DNA of 64,000 nucleotides from Octopus bimaculoides. Taxonomy: Eukaryota. Of this stretch, positions 24,701 to 40,300 are shown piece after piece. The position numbers and the translations under genes are program-made. Below the pieces are notes generated by a model, which saw nothing but the letters and a program-made list of their open reading frames with translations, ran no database searches and was not told the DNA's origin. The DNA lies in assembly GCF_001194135.2 (NCBI RefSeq), contig NC_068998.1, forward strand, positions 19,361,296 to 19,425,295, given 5' to 3'. The number at the start of each line of letters is the position of its first letter. Positions within the stretch are counted from its first letter, which is position 1.

Positions 24701-25600
24701 CCCACACACACACAAATGCTACAGATACAACTGTGTAACATAATTTTTGTTTTTGGGTAGCAACTGTTATTTCCTATTTGCTTATCCCTAAAAAATGTGA
24801 AAAATGGCTAATATTTCCTTCAAACTTTCCCTCTCAACACATAGCTATGATGCTCCCCCACTACTTCCAATATTGTCAGCTACTAATGGACATGCTCAAG
24901 TGGTTATGGTCAAGCAACTGAAAAGCAAATCTGAGGTACTGAGCAGAATATTTGCTATAATATGCATGAGGATATGTGAGAAAATATTTGCTAATATTCA
25001 TTGGACTTCTAGGCAATGCAGTGTGAATAGCAGTTAACCAGTACTTTTGATAGCAGACAGTGTCTGTTGAAGTTTATTGATTTTCTTAATAGTATTGACA
25101 ATAGCATTTAATTGGCTACGTTAAAAACTATTTTTTATTTTATTACATATATAATAAAGAAAACCACATTAAAATACAAATCCAAAAAGAAGAAAGCACA
25201 AACATGAGAAAAGAAAGAAGGAAAAAGAAGAAGGAAGAAAGAAAGAAAGAAAAAATATCAATTTAACACCAAGTGCCTCAATTGGTTGCACACTACAAGG
25301 TTGAATGTAACCTACTGATGTAAGCCAACCTAAAAAAATTAAAAACAAAACATTACAATTTTTTTGAACTTACTTATCTGTCACTAAAAGAACATTTTTT
25401 CCATCTTTAGTTACAACAGCATGAGCAATATATTCATCAGTGGCAGCATAAATTCCTTTCTCAGTTTCCTGAAATTAGAAGAAAATTTCATCAAAAAGGG
25501 ATTAGATTAAAATAAACTGGACCCACCAAATAAACATGTAAAGATCCCCATTCAGAGGTTATATTGCAAAGAGGCTGCAACATGCCTGTAAATTGGGGAG

Positions 25601-25653
<53 letters not shown>

Positions 25654-28600
25654 NNNNNNNNNNNNNNNNNNNNNNNNNNNNNNNNNNNNNNNNNNNNNNN
25701 NNNNNNNNNNNNNNNNNNNNNNNNNNNNNNNNNNNNNNNNNNNNNNNNNNNNNNNNNNNNNNNNNNNNNNNNNNNNNNNNNNNNNNNNNNNNNNNNNNNN
25801 NNNNNNNNNNNNNNNNNNNNNNNNNNNNNNNNNNNNNNNNNNNNNNNNNNNNNNNNNNNNNNNNNNNNNNNNNNNNNNNNNNNNNNNNNNNNNNNNNNNN
25901 NNNNNNNNNNNNNNNNNNNNNNNNNNNNNNNNNNNNNNNNNNNNAGTGTTACTTGAGCAACATGTTCTAGAGCAATGGTTCTCAGCCAGGGTCCAAATAA
26001 GATTTTTGGGGATCCACACAACAAAATAGTAAACTGGGGATCCACACTAGTATTTTAAGGGCCCCTGAAAAATTTTGCTAAGTTTCTTTCTTTAACATTT
26101 TATATGGTTCAACCTATAGAAGTTAATGTGTGCAAAACAAAATAGGAATTTCGAAAGAAGTTTTAATAAAACTAGCTTTTAAACATTGAATGGCTATGGG
26201 GGTCCACCAGAATAAAATAGTAATCAAAGGAGTCCATAGGTAAAAAATGGTTGAGAACCCCTGTTCTAGATAAAACAAACCCCTAAATATTATGAAACAT
26301 GATATATTAGTTTCCTAAGCAACACTGATGTTCCTATTATTGAGCTTATCAAATAAAGCCCTTCATCTGTTGACATTTTAAAGAGCTGTCTCTCTCTTAG
26401 TGAATTGATTCAAATATTAAGTAGCATTACTTGTAAAATTGCATAGCCTTCAGCTTCTTGATGATTGTATGGCCGGATTATCAAGTCATTATGGAATCGA
26501 CGTGGTGGGCGCAAACGGCGGATCTCATCTGACATTTCAGCAATTCTATACAAAAAGCAAAAAAATGGAAACAATAAAACCAGCCTAGGAACAGTTAAGA
26601 AACAACTATGATAACAACTATATTACAACTTGTTATACATTTGTTACATGACTAAGGTGCTAGACCAGTGACCAAAGAGTCATTATGTTACAGTTATTCT
26701 ATTGTACTGATGACAAAACACAGTTCTACTTGTTTCAGTTTATTTTTGCTGATAAATTTTACTCTTTCGAACAAATTATCTTCATGTTTTAGTTTTTAAT
26801 CACAACATCCAATTTAACAAGCAAGATGAAACTTGTCACATAAATAAATGCTAAAACACCTCAACAAAATGACAATTTCCTAATAGTAGACACAACAGAA
26901 CTATTAATACAAACCTGCGTATACTGTCAAGGGAGCTACTAGCAAAGTCAATCACTCCACTTGTCGGGCGTGTTACGGCACCAACTAAACCTTTACCAAT
27001 ACCTAGGTTTTGTTTAAAATAAAAGAAAACAGATTAAACAGAATAGCATTGTTTGCTCATAAATAATGTGTTAAAAGATTTCACAATAAAAGTCAAGAAA
27101 GTTGGAAATATTCCACAGATCACTGGATTATTGGGGGGACTGCCCAAGAAGTCTTCATGCTGTAATTCAAAGAAAGATACCCTATCCTAGGAGAGTATAT
27201 GAATTCTTCACTGCAAACTTATTAAACACAACAGACTTACATTAATATTAATGAACTGTACCTTTCCATGGTACATACTTATTTATAATTAAATGGACTG
27301 AGATATTAAATGGACTGAGATATTAAATGTTAAGAATGTTTCTGTGAGTCAAAAATACTAATGATGCAATAGAGACCATTGACTGTTTCACTAATAGGTT
27401 GGTACTCAAAATGCAATCACCTGTGAATCAACATTTTTGTATTATTACCATATTTGATGGAATGTAAAACACACTTTTTGCCAAAAGAATTGACTCAAAT
27501 AAATCACCCCGAGTCCTATGTGCAAAGTTGGGTCTCCCGTAAATTAATTTTGTCTCTGACACTACTATAGACTAATTTTAATCCAAACAGTCTCTTCTAC
27601 CTAGCCTGACTCTGTAATAATACTATTTATTTAAACATTATTATTACTTGTACTGCAAAAGAAATTATGATAGCACAGGTATGGCTGTATGGTAAGAAGT
27701 TTGCTTCCCGATCACATGATTGTGGGTTCAGTCCCACTGTATGGCACTTAGGGCAAGTGTCTTCTACTCTAGCTTCAGGTCGACCAAAGCCTTTTGAGTG
27801 GATTTGGTGGACAGAACCTTAAAAAAGCTTGTTGTATATTTCCATATATCTATGTGCCATTGTGTCTGTGTTTGTCCTCAACCACTGCTTGACAACCAGT
27901 ATTGGTGTGTTTATGTCACCGTAACTTAGCAGTTCAGCAAAAGAGACTGATAGAATAAGTAGTGGGCTTTAAAAAATAAATACTGGGGTTGATTCATTTG
28001 ACTAAGAATTCTTCAAGGTGGTGCCCCAGCATGGCCACAGTCTAACGACTGAAACAAATAAAAGATCACTGACAATGTTCACTAGTTACCGGCTGACTGC
28101 TTTAAATATTACAGGCTTTAATGCACTAAAAGCTTTTTCCTTTGAATATGTGCTGCTGAAATTGGGGTACATCTAAAATGCAGTGCATCATTTATGCCAT
28201 CACCTATGGTAATTAAGCAGAGAATAGGCAGAAGGTGTAAGTGAGTATATATTCCAGCTCTTTGCATTCTGAGTTTAATTCCTGCTGTGTGAAATTTGCC
28301 TTTCATTCTTCCAGGGTTGATCAATAAAGTACCATCTAAAGTGGTGGATTGGCTGAATCAGCAGAGCATCAAACATGATAATGTGATGTGGGATTGGTTT
28401 CAGCTGTCTGTGTTCTGAATTTAAATTTGCCATGGTTTACTTGGCTAGAAAACTTAATTCATCACTCTGTTTAACACTGCTGCCATGTCCCTAGGTACCT
28501 TTAGCAGAGTTCACGGGTTGCAAGCTCTCAGGCCAGATCTCACTTTTATGGAGTGAAGGGGCATACCTTAGTGGTTAGAGTATTTGGCTCATGATCATAA

Positions 28601-29992
28601 GGTTGTGAGTCTGAATCCTAGCAGTGCATTGTGTCCTTGAGCAAGACACTTTATTTCTTGTTGGTCCATTCCTTTCAGCTGGCAAAAGTGAGTTGTACCT
28701 GTAATTCACAGGGCCGGCCTTGTAACGTTCTGTGTCACTCTGATTTTCCTTGAGAACTACATTAAGGATATGTGTGTCTGTGGAGTGCTCAGCCACATGA
28801 ATGAGCAGGCTGCTTGATTGACTGAATTAACTAGAACACTTGTCATAACCAATAGAGAGCCAGGCCTCTCTTCTAACTAAGCAATAAAAAAATTTGAAGA
28901 TAGTGATACCCACTCATAAAGTCATCCAAGATTGGATGGAACTTGGTGAAGTTGATATAATTGACTTTGAACTTGGTTGGAGGCAAAATATAGGTTGGTG
29001 GGTTTTTTATTTATTTTCCAAAGGAGATACAGATCTAGGAAGCAATGAAAGGAAGGAAGGAAGGAAGGAAAGAAGGAAGGAAGGCAAGAAGGCGTGGAAA
29101 GACTATTTAGTACAGGGCCTAGATGGGAAAAAAGGAGTTTTAGAGTTTAGTTTAGCAGAGGATCTAAGAGTGATAAGATGAATGGTAAACATACAGAGTG
29201 TAATTATTTGAAGGAGGAATGGATTTGGAAAATTGAGAAGAACAATAATTGAGAGACTAAAATAATCATCTACACTTACCCTTGAAGAAACCTTCAACAC
29301 CTTCCTTTTGGGCACCTTCAATGGGTTTTCGTACAATACCAGTAACACCATCGACTACACCCTGCAAATCAAAGCAACAAATATATTATACATGCATACA
29401 TTCATAGACAAACATACATACATAATGTGTGTGTATGGAGATATATATATATATATATANNNNNNNNNNNNNNNNNNNNNNNNNNNNNNNNNNNNNNNNN
29501 NNNNNNNNNNNNNNNNNNNNNNNNNNNNNNNNNNNNNNNNNNNNNNNNNNNNNNNNNNNNNNNNNNNNNNNNNNNNNNNNNNNNNNNNNNNNNNNNNNNN
29601 NNNNNNNNNNNNNNNNNNNNNNNNNNNNNNNNNNNNNNNNNNNNNNNNNNNNNNNNNNNNNNNNNNNNNNNNNNNNNNNNNNNNNNNNNNNNNNNNNNNN
29701 NNNNNNNNNNNNNNNNNNNNNNNNNNNNNNNNNNNNNNNNNNNNNNNNNNNNNNNNNNNNNNNNNNNNNNNNNNNNNNNNNNNNNNNNNNNNNNNNNNNN
29801 NNNNNNNNNNNNNNNNNNNNNNNNNNNNNNNNNNNNNNNNNNNNNNNNNNNNNNNNNNNNNNNNNNNNNNNNNNNNNNNNNNNNNNNNNNNNNNNNNNNN
29901 NNNNNNNNNNNNNNNNNNNNNNNNNNNNNNNNNNNNNNNNNNNNNNNNNNNNNNNNNNNTTTTATGATGCTTTTGCAGCCTTAATAAATAAA

Positions 29993-30026
<34 letters not shown>

Positions 30027-30335
30027 ATATATGGCTTAGTGATTTGAGCATTGGGCTTCCAATCTCGAGGTTGTGAGTTTGATTCCTGGACTGGGCTGTG
30101 TGTTGTGTTCTTGCGCAAGACACTTTATTTCATGTTGTTCCAGTTCACTCAGCTGTAGAAATGTGTTGCCAGGGTGTGTCAGCCTATGCCTTTCCCTTGG
30201 ACAACATTGGCAGCATGGAGAGACGAAACTGGTATGTGTGGGTGACTGCTGGTCTTCTGCAAACAACCTAGCCTGGACCTGGACTTGAGTTTCACTGGGG
30301 AACCATCTGGGACAATCTTATGGTCATTATATATG

Positions 30336-30391
<56 letters not shown>

Positions 30392-31358
30392 TGTAGTGAA
30401 CCTAATCCATGTTGGTTTTTTTCCCCCTGGCTCTCTTTTTTTTTTAATCTCCTTTAGTTTTTCTCTCTTCAGTGTTTCCATCATCCAATGAAGAAGCATG
30501 TCTAAAACATAACTTTTACTCTATAATTTTTATTCCTTCTTTGAGCATCAACCTAATAATACTAACTGTGAATGTCTTTCAAACTTTTAAACCCATGCCA
30601 GCATGGAAAATGGACAGACATTAAATGGTGAGGATGATGATGATGTATTTGCGTTTTGCTTTACATACATACATGTTTGTTATCAAATCAACAAGAAAAC
30701 AGAAGGAATCTTCATTGATTTGTTTTCCTCTGCTTAGCAATATGCTTAAGTTTGGTGGGTAGTTTTATCTGAGTTGAGGGCAGCATGGTAGATAGGAAGT
30801 GGAGAGAAGCACAGCTGCTGCCCCAATGACAGCAGGAAAAAAGCAGGCCACGTTGGTGTGTATGAACACTTGCATGGCGATTCACAGAGTGAACACCAAC
30901 TGATCATAGCAGCAGAAAGAGAGAGCGGCGGTGTGAACAAAAGTGATGAGTGCAAGGAGGAGAGATAGGTGTAGATGATGGCAGTGGTAGTAATGATGAT
31001 AACAGCAGTGATGAAGGTGATGATCCAAGTCAATGATGAGGTAAATTTTCTTTGATGACTTACCATAACAAGTCCTTTTCCTCCACGGGCAAAACCTTCT
31101 CGGACATTGGCAGGGCGTTTATTCATAGCTTCTCTTCGTTTCTTCTGATATTCATCATCTAAAGTGAGGGCAGCAATACCTTTTCCCATAGCTCCAGTGA
31201 TTCTTGACACAGCACCCGCAGCACCACCTACACCACAGACAGACAAAATCAGTTTGTTTGTGTGAATTGCATTGATGAACACAAATATCCTCTAAGAAGC
31301 AAAATAACAGAAAAGATTGTTTGACCTCTGACTAAAGATCAAAACAATCTCTAATTTG

Positions 31359-31399
<41 letters not shown>

Positions 31400-34300
31400 G
31401 ACATTTTGTTGATGTCATAAAAATTTATTAATTTTCAAAAGAACACTAAATAATTCTGTTTTGGAACAGTGGATCTTGAAGCATGTAAAGCTAGGCACCT
31501 GTGCCGGTGACAAGTAAAAGACACCTGTGCTAGTGACACATAAAATGCATCTGTGCCAGTGACATATAAAAGGGGCCTGTGCTGGTGACATGTAAAATGC
31601 ACCCGTGCTAGTGACATATAAAGAGGCACCCATGTCAGCGACATGTAAAGTGCACTTGTGCTGGTGACACGTAAAAGACACTCAGTATACTCTGTAGAGT
31701 GGTTGGCATGAGAAAGGGCTTCCAACTGTAGAAACCAAGCCAAAACATACTGGAGCCTGGTGCAGCTCTCCAGCTTATCAACTCCAGTCAAACCATCTAA
31801 CTCATGTCAGCATGGAAAACAGACATTAAATGATGATGGTGATGATGATGATAATGATGAAATATTGAGTTGAAAAAGTTGAAGGTTGCTTATGGGACTC
31901 AAACTCACATCTCCTGTAGGTATAACAGGCATTCTACCATGGTCATCTTTCGACTTTTTCTATCTGGAAGGGTTTTCAACCCAATATTCATATGCTATTA
32001 TTTATAACTTCAAGAGCTTCAAGATCTATTGTTTGCCACCCCCAAATCGACAATATTACAATTACATAATAATTTTTAAATTATACACAAACATCACAAA
32101 TTTACAGAAGGGAGTGAAATTGTGTGACGTTCATGTCTTTCCTAAGAACCTTAGCTGGAATATATAAAATGAAATCAGATTACTGACTTGACTTGACCGA
32201 AAATGGTGACTTAATTAAATTATACTGAGTTAATAAAATGCATCATGCATTGAATCAAGTAATAAAGGAGGTTATGAATTATAATAGGTTAGATTCTAGT
32301 AAAATCATACTCAGATAACATCAACTAGTTTTCTTTAAGCTAGACAAGCAGTGAGTTGTCTTTGGAGATACTTTTAAATAATCTCAGATGGTCCATTATC
32401 CCATTATGTAAAATTTTTATCATGTGAAGACTATGAAACTGGTCAGTTATCACATGAATACTTTAAAGCAGAATTGAACTGCCAGATTGAAATCTGTTTC
32501 ACTGCTTTGAAGGCTGAATAGAAAAGTCTTTATCGATCATTGTACTATATAGATTCTGAAAAATCTGATAAACAGAACATTCTTTTTCCTAGTACTTCTG
32601 GTACTGTCAAAATAATTTGAAGAGTAATATATTTGATATCTCACCAACAGCATGACCAAATAAACTGCGGACTCCAAGAGCAAGTCCTTCAGCGAATTCC
32701 TCTGGTCCTTGAATGGCACCCTGAAAACAAACAATGATATATAAAAATATATGTATATATAAAACAAAAAAGAAAAGGCATATATGCACAATATATGAAT
32801 ACAAAAATAAATCAATATTACCTGATATGGCTCATAGAAGAGATCTTCTAAACCTTCTCCTAGGCCTCGTAACAGTCCAAATGGGTTGCCTAAGACATCT
32901 AAGCCGAGTACCAACACATACATTTGTTTAATTGCCTAAAAACAAAAAAAAAAACAAAATGTATTTCTTAAAATATGACTCTTTTTTTTTAAAGGTATTC
33001 CATGTTTTTAAATTTGTTTCTCAAACTGAAAAGGATAAACTGGTGAAATCTAATATTAGAACTATACAGTTTAGAAAACTAGAAAGATAGCCCTGAAGTC
33101 AGTTCAAGCATTAACAGGTCTTGTTTTTCGTATAATTATTTATGATTGAATACTTGTTAGTACCAGTGACAAAGAACAACTGCTATCAACTTTAACCCAT
33201 TAGCATTCAGATTATTCTGTCAAATGTAACGCTTATTTATTCACATTGTTTTGAATTAATCAAGCATTATCTCACAGCTTTGAGATTTCAATGATGTGAT
33301 CGTTTATTTTTACAATGACATTATCGGGTAGGTGTGAGAGGCTGGATCTGGCCAGTATGAACATGACACAGGTAGAATATTTGGGCTGGATATAGCTGGT
33401 TTGAATGCTAAAGGGTTAAATATACTGAGGTAAGTAAGTGAGCTTAATGGCAAATCCCAATGAAGGAAGGTACAGAGTTAAGTTTACAATAGGATTCAGA
33501 TTTATGTCTAATAAATGTGTTATTTCAACTATTTATTCAGTTGTTATTAATTTATTCTTTTTAATTAATTGATTATAAGTCAATGGTGTGGTAGAGACTG
33601 AGATTCGATAGAGTGGTGAACAAGTGCTTTGCATCAATATACTGCATCTGACGGCTTACAAAATACACTCTTTTCCTAAAAATGTCTAAAAAAAAATCAT
33701 TTCAAGTCTTGTGTGTGAAGTTGCTTTAAATATTACATGCTTTAATACACTCCAAAGTTATCTCTTGAATATGTGCAGCTGAAGTTGGGGTGCGTTTCAT
33801 CTAATATGCTTGTGCATCTTTTATTCAATCAAATATGGTAATTATATTCTTTAACATTCTGAGTTCAAATCTTACTAGGGTTTGCATTGTCATTTTCTGG
33901 AACCAATAAAATAAGTACCAGTCATACATTGGGTTAATATAATCAAATATGATCAACCAATATACTGCTAACATGTAACCCAGTACAGACTATTGCATAG
34001 TCAGGTTGTTGGTAAATAAACAGACAAACCCACTTGCTTGGTGAGGAAGGTGATTGTGGACATCCTGTAGGATGATCTATCAAAGGGCAGATGAACTCAA
34101 GTGAGTCAATGATAATCAAATAATGTGTACATATGCACATTATATATGGGTGTGTATATTTAGTAGCATGTTCTCATTTCATTCTAATTAGTCAACGAAG
34201 AAATAAGTAACCTACAACTTCAAAGTTTGTGGCAGCAGGTAATAGGGACAAGTGGTGAAGGTACCAACATACTGTCATGTTTGGCTACAAGTCATGATGC

Positions 34301-37300
34301 AGGGCAAATATCTAGAATGATGTTTTATGGCTGGGATAGCCAACCAAGTTAGATGGTACTGTAAAACCTGGAAATCCTTTAGCTATTTCAGAAATCTCTT
34401 GTATTCTCATACAAGCTCAGATGTCTTGATTATACTGTTTAATATGATTTTTATCCTTGGGTAGCAACTGTTATTTCCTATTTGCTCATCCCTAGAAAGT
34501 ATGAAAAATGGTTAATGTTATCTTCAGACTTTGCTTTGGTTACATTTATTCCAGCTCCAAAGAATCCCTCTCAACACATGGCGATGATGCTCCCCCACTA
34601 CTCCTGCTCATAATTAGAGATTTACATGTAGTCAGCCACTAAGGGGCATGCTCAAATGGCTAAGATCAAGTAACTGACAAGCAAATCTGTGGTATTGAGT
34701 AGAATATTTGCTATAATGATATTTCTGCTTCAGCAACTCAGCACTGAATGTCAGAAATGTAATGGAAAATAGGTCAATTTGAAAACATTGAAGTCCAGGT
34801 CACAAAAGCAAAGTTTGAAGGGAATAGTTGTCACTTACTTTGATTTCTAGATAGAAGCAAATAGGAAATAACACTTACTGACCAAAGACAAAAAAAAATT
34901 TGTTACACTGCGTATTTTGCGTAAAAGAATGAGAGTAAATCTGATGTATGTACACCTCTTTCTCACTATAAAAAAACCCCTTGTGCCAGTTTAGCATCTG
35001 CCTAAGCCATCATCAATTGTGGGCAAACTATCAAACAAATTTTCTTTTTAACTAAATATCAGCAATTTATTTTACAAAATTTTTCAGATAAAAATATAGA
35101 AACTTGACAACAAATTATAAACTAAAATAAAACTAAGAATTAATTAAAATAAGCCATTTACCTGTCCAGCATAGTGTTGACTCATCTGACCAATTAATTG
35201 ACTTTGGTTATAAAAACTGTGATTTCTTTCAAAATACCCAAGTCTGGAAAAAGTAAAACATGAAGTAGATTAACTCCTAGTTCTGGATTCAAAACCTTTT
35301 ATTTTCCTTAATCAATAAAAACAAAAGGAAATTTGGTAGAAACCTAGATGGCAATTTGTTGTGTAGATTAACAAAAGCAATTTATTTCCTATAAGGGGGG
35401 AAAAAAAACAACCTTTATCACAACACTCAGTTCTTCTAGAGTAGACTTATGGCAAGGAAGTAACCAATCATAGTCATAAGAGCAACTCACAGCTCCTACT
35501 ACACATATATGCAAATGTAATATAGATTAAATTGTTGTTCATCTAGTGTTCTATCTGTGGTCATCAGAGTTTTGTTGTTGACATAAAATTGTAGCAGTTT
35601 ATTTACATGAGGTCAGTAAAAAGTTTATAAAAAAAATTTTGTAGTTATTACATAGATTAGAATATGTATGTTTGTGTGTGTCTAAATAAAAAATAAGGCA
35701 CACACACACACACACACACACACATTTGTTTCATATTTTGAGTTTATACCCTGTTGGGAAAGACTGCTATTGATCACTTCAAGAACAAAATATGTGAGAC
35801 ACATACTTGTGTCCATTCAAGCTATTAATATCTTAAATGTTTTTGTCATCTTTTTAACTTTCAACTTCAGTAAACAGTCAACTTTAAGTTAAGTGGAAGA
35901 TAAAACAATATTTGAGAATTAAATGAACAGACTTACTTGAAAACGACATCCTGAACATCAGTTAGTACAACACCAACACTCTGGAGGAAAATATTGAGAA
36001 TGTTGGATTTAATTTCTGCTGGACCATCTTCTCCACCACCTTGCAGAGAGAAACTCAAATGAATCTGCAAAAAAAAAAAAAAAATTTTTTTCCTTACTCT
36101 TTTACATTAATTTTTGTTATCACACTTGCATGAGTAGCATGTTTTCATACTGGGGCAATTGTTTCCACTGAGTTTATATCCTGTTGGGATATAAACCCAA
36201 TGGAAGGTTATATCCTAGTGGCTAACAACACAATATATTGAAATAACAGAGATATTGATAGAATAGATATGGGTTATGAGATTTATAAATGACAAACCAC
36301 TGATCACTAAATTTTAATTTAATTTTGTAATTTTTTTAAGTAATGAGTTTGATTTGGATAAAAATCTGATAAATTTTTGTCCTTAATTAATTTCATTTCT
36401 TATAGATCAGTTGGTGAGCAAGCGTCTGACTGAATTTGATTTGAATGCAAACTTTCACTAGATACTTGTCACCACAAATTTATACATATGTTGTCTGGTT
36501 AGGATAAATGTGCTACCTTAACTTTCTTGAGGGAGAATGAATTCTTTCAACAAAATATTAACCTATCACTCATAGTTACTCACAAGAAAATTTGACAATT
36601 GTTTTCATAATATTTAGTTAAAACCATTAACTTTTGCAACAAAAAATAGAATATCTAATCCTAGTTTATTTTTAAATTTTCAAAGCATTAATATTAACCA
36701 TTTAGTATTCAGATTACTCTACCAAATTAACTCGTTATTTATTCAAATTGTTTTGAATTAATCACACATCATCTTGTAGCTTTGAGATTTTGTAAATGTG
36801 ATTGTCTATTTTTAAAACGACATTTTAGAGTCTGTGTGAGAGGCCAGATCTGATATTGGATCATTACTCCATTGTGGGCCTTGTTAATCTTTGTAGAAGA
36901 CTAGTAATTGTCGAACATGGTTAGTACTGCAAAGCACAATAATCTCTTTCGTTGAATAATATCTATATTGCAATTTTAAATGAGAACTTTGTATTTGGGA
37001 AAGCTAACATTTCCCATATTTGGATTACAAACAAAATTATAAATAGAAGCTTACCTTGATAGGTGAGAAGTGTAAGTAGTCATAGAAGTTCTTTTGTTCT
37101 TCAACAAGAGACACACCAGCCACATCAATAAGTTCTGTCTGGGTTATCTTACAGTCTTCAAGGAACAGACGGGTCTACAGGTAAAATATTATATAGATTG
37201 AGTGAAATAATTGCTGAAGGTATTGTTGAGAGAGAGAGAGAGAGAGAGAAGAAAAAAGAGAAAATAGAGAGAGAGAGTGAAAGAGAGAAAAGAGGTATTG

Positions 37301-40300
37301 AGAGAGAAAGAGAGAATGAAAGCAGACAAAACATGCAAAGAAAGAAAACTAAGAGCAAAAAAAAAAAAAGAATGAGTTCTAACTGTGGAGAGCTAAACTA
37401 TTCACATACTGAATAAAAAAAGCTTCTGTAGTAGTGATTTTGTCAAAAGTAATGTCATTCTAATGAGTTGTCTTAAGTCAGAACAGAAATTATAACTAAA
37501 AAACTACCTCTGGTAATTATTCCCTTTTGTTGGATTGTTTAGTATGTAAACAGAAGCAAGAAACTATTAAAAGAACGTTGGAGAAACTATCTAGGGTAAG
37601 TGGTTTGATGCAGAGTTGAACATATATATAAATGCAAAAAAAAAAAAAATTCATTGCTAAATTAATCTTTTTATTAATTGTATTCATAAAGCTGGTAGCT
37701 TAACATGTGAACAAGCAGTGGGATAAAATTTGATTCCATGAGGAAGAAGTCTATCGTTTTGGGAAGAACTTTCAGAGAATGAAAGAAATGTTAACTTATG
37801 CTGCAGGATAAATTCATTGGGGTTAATGAAAGTGAGGCTAAATTATAACAATTGAAGAATAAGGAAATGGGAAAGGAAGCAACATTTGAACCTCTTGGTA
37901 AAATATGTCACATGCGCAAACACACACACACACACCATCAGTAGTTCATATAACCTGGAAAAGAAGCAAACTCTAAAACATTAGAGCATTAATGTATTTA
38001 GAAGGTTGATTGTTATGGTTTCTAGATACAGGTAAGCACTTTACAGGTGTGAAACCAATGGTTACTCTCTGACTGGTTATAACACTCAGCCTGCTAAAGG
38101 TGTGTGTGTGTGTATATCTATATATATACGTGGAGGCGCAATGGCCCAGTGGTTAGGGCAGCGGACTCGCGGTCATAGGATCGCGGTTTCGATTCCCAGA
38201 CCGGGCATTGTGAGTGTTTATTGAGCGAAAAACACCTAAAGCTCCACGAGGCTCCGACAGGGGATGGTGGTGAACCCTGTTGTACTTCCTGTTTCTGTTG
38301 TGCCTGTAATTCAAAGGGCCAGCCTTGTCACACTGAATATCCCCGAGAACTACATTAAGGGTACACGTGTCTGTGGAGTGCTCAGCCACTTGCACGTTAA
38401 TTTCACGAGTAGGCTGTTCCATTGATCGGATCAACTGGAACCCTCGACGTCGTAAGCGACGGAGTCCCAACAACAATATATATATATATACACACACGAG
38501 GTTATTACCAGTTCAACATATATTGTTTAATGTACACAGTATATAGTTATGAGCTACTAATAGTTTCATACATTGAAAATATCCTTCTGAATTTTTATAG
38601 TTAGCTTTTAAATAATAATTGGTCTCATGTGTTTCATAGGTTTGATTAAAAAAAAAAAAGTTATCCTGGGGAAGAATTTCAAACTATAATCTTTGGTAAG
38701 AAATACAACAATATCTCTAGCACAAATCTAAAACTCTCATAAGTCTTGTGATGAAGTTATACTTACCATACAGCCACTCCTGTGACTATATAATTAAACA
38801 ACTTAATGATCAGTACCCTACTACTATTTTATCTAATTGGAGAAGTGAAATGCAAAGTCAACTTTAATAGGATCTGAACTCATAACCATAGGTATACACT
38901 AACATTTTTTTGATGACTCTACTGACCACACAAATGCAATTGTCTTCTGAAGTTGAAAAAATAAAAACAGATAAATACCTCTTCAGTGTTTGAAATGATT
39001 TCATCAGATGAGAATAGTTGAAGAACAGCATTCAAAAAGTTCTGGTCCACTTTTGCAGACATCTCTTGAATTAGCACCTTAAAGTATCTGAAAAGGAATA
39101 ATTATTTGGGAATATAGTTTAAATATGGTAGTTAATGGTTGAATCCAAATAAATTTTTTACATAATAGCTAAAATCTACACAAAATGTGTACCAAAGACC
39201 CTACCCTAAAAGGTTACGTTGTATAAAATGTATTAAGCTATAAGCTATTTGTTGCATGAAAATGTTTTTACATGATTAGTAAATAGGTTCAAGAATATTG
39301 TAGTCTTTGCAAATAATAATACTAATAATAATAATAATACTAATACTGATACTAATAATAATAATAATATTCCTTTCTACTATAGGCACAAGGCCTGAAA
39401 CTTGTGGGGAGGAGACTAGTCGATTACACTGTCAACTTTGTTGTCGCATCCTGTTTCGTCAAATTTACAGTTGTCACGCCATACAACAGCAAGCTCCACC
39501 ACCTCATCAGTTGTTTCTTCTGGTTCGGATGATGATTTGGAGAACGAGTATTTTCCTAGTTCAGAATCAAATGATTCCAATAGCAATGATGATATTCCGG
39601 TGAATGAAAGGTACAAGCAGGCAGCAGTGAATGGCCCTGGACAACAGAGTGTTGTGTGGCGAGCAACAGACAATTTCGTCTGATGGCATGGGTTTACTGG
39701 TATGCCTGGCATAAAGGCAAACCTTGAGCATGGAAGTTTGCCATTGGAAATCTCCGAGTTTTTGATGGATGAAATATTCTAATATAAAGCGGACAAAATG
39801 AATGACTATGTTGAAAACCATCCCCAGCATGTCAGACCTGGGCATGGCAGTGATTGGTTTCCAACCACAGGGGACAAAATCAAACTTCTGCTTGCCCTGC
39901 TGATACTGATGGGCATCATGAAGAAACCAGCCCTGGTGTCATATTGGAATGAGGATCCAGCCACATTGACACCTTTCTGGAAATGATGCCACGTGATCGA
40001 TTTTTGGCACTTCTTCAAAATCTACATTTCAACTCAGGCAAGAACTAGGATGACAGGCTGCACAAAATACGTATTATCATTGACAAAGTAGCTGAACATT
40101 TTAGAACAGTGTATGTCCCCATACAGGACATTTGTGAGGACGAGAGTTTGGGGAAATTCAAGGGAAGGCTCTGATTCAAACAATACAACTCAACCAAATG
40201 TACCCGCTTTGGGGTCAGGGTTTATAAAGCATACCAGTTAGCTGGCAGAGCCTGTGGATACATGTGGAATAACAAAATCGACACTGATCAGGACAGATTG

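Noticed and set aside
30746-31063. Extension of the 178-aa ORF past the exon ([23 protein letters not shown]...)
   Set aside because: Read-through of a strong GTAAGT donor into low-complexity (ATC/CTC) intron sequence
31490-31685. CRISPR-like regular repeat array
   Set aside because: Units are directly adjacent with no unique spacers, there are no cas genes, and the array lies inside an RTE-type 3' end in a eukaryote
38132-38210. tRNA-like sequence (also the heads at 3328, 27672, 28560, 30042)
   Set aside because: A and B boxes are present but there is no closed cloverleaf or terminator; each continues into a SINE body
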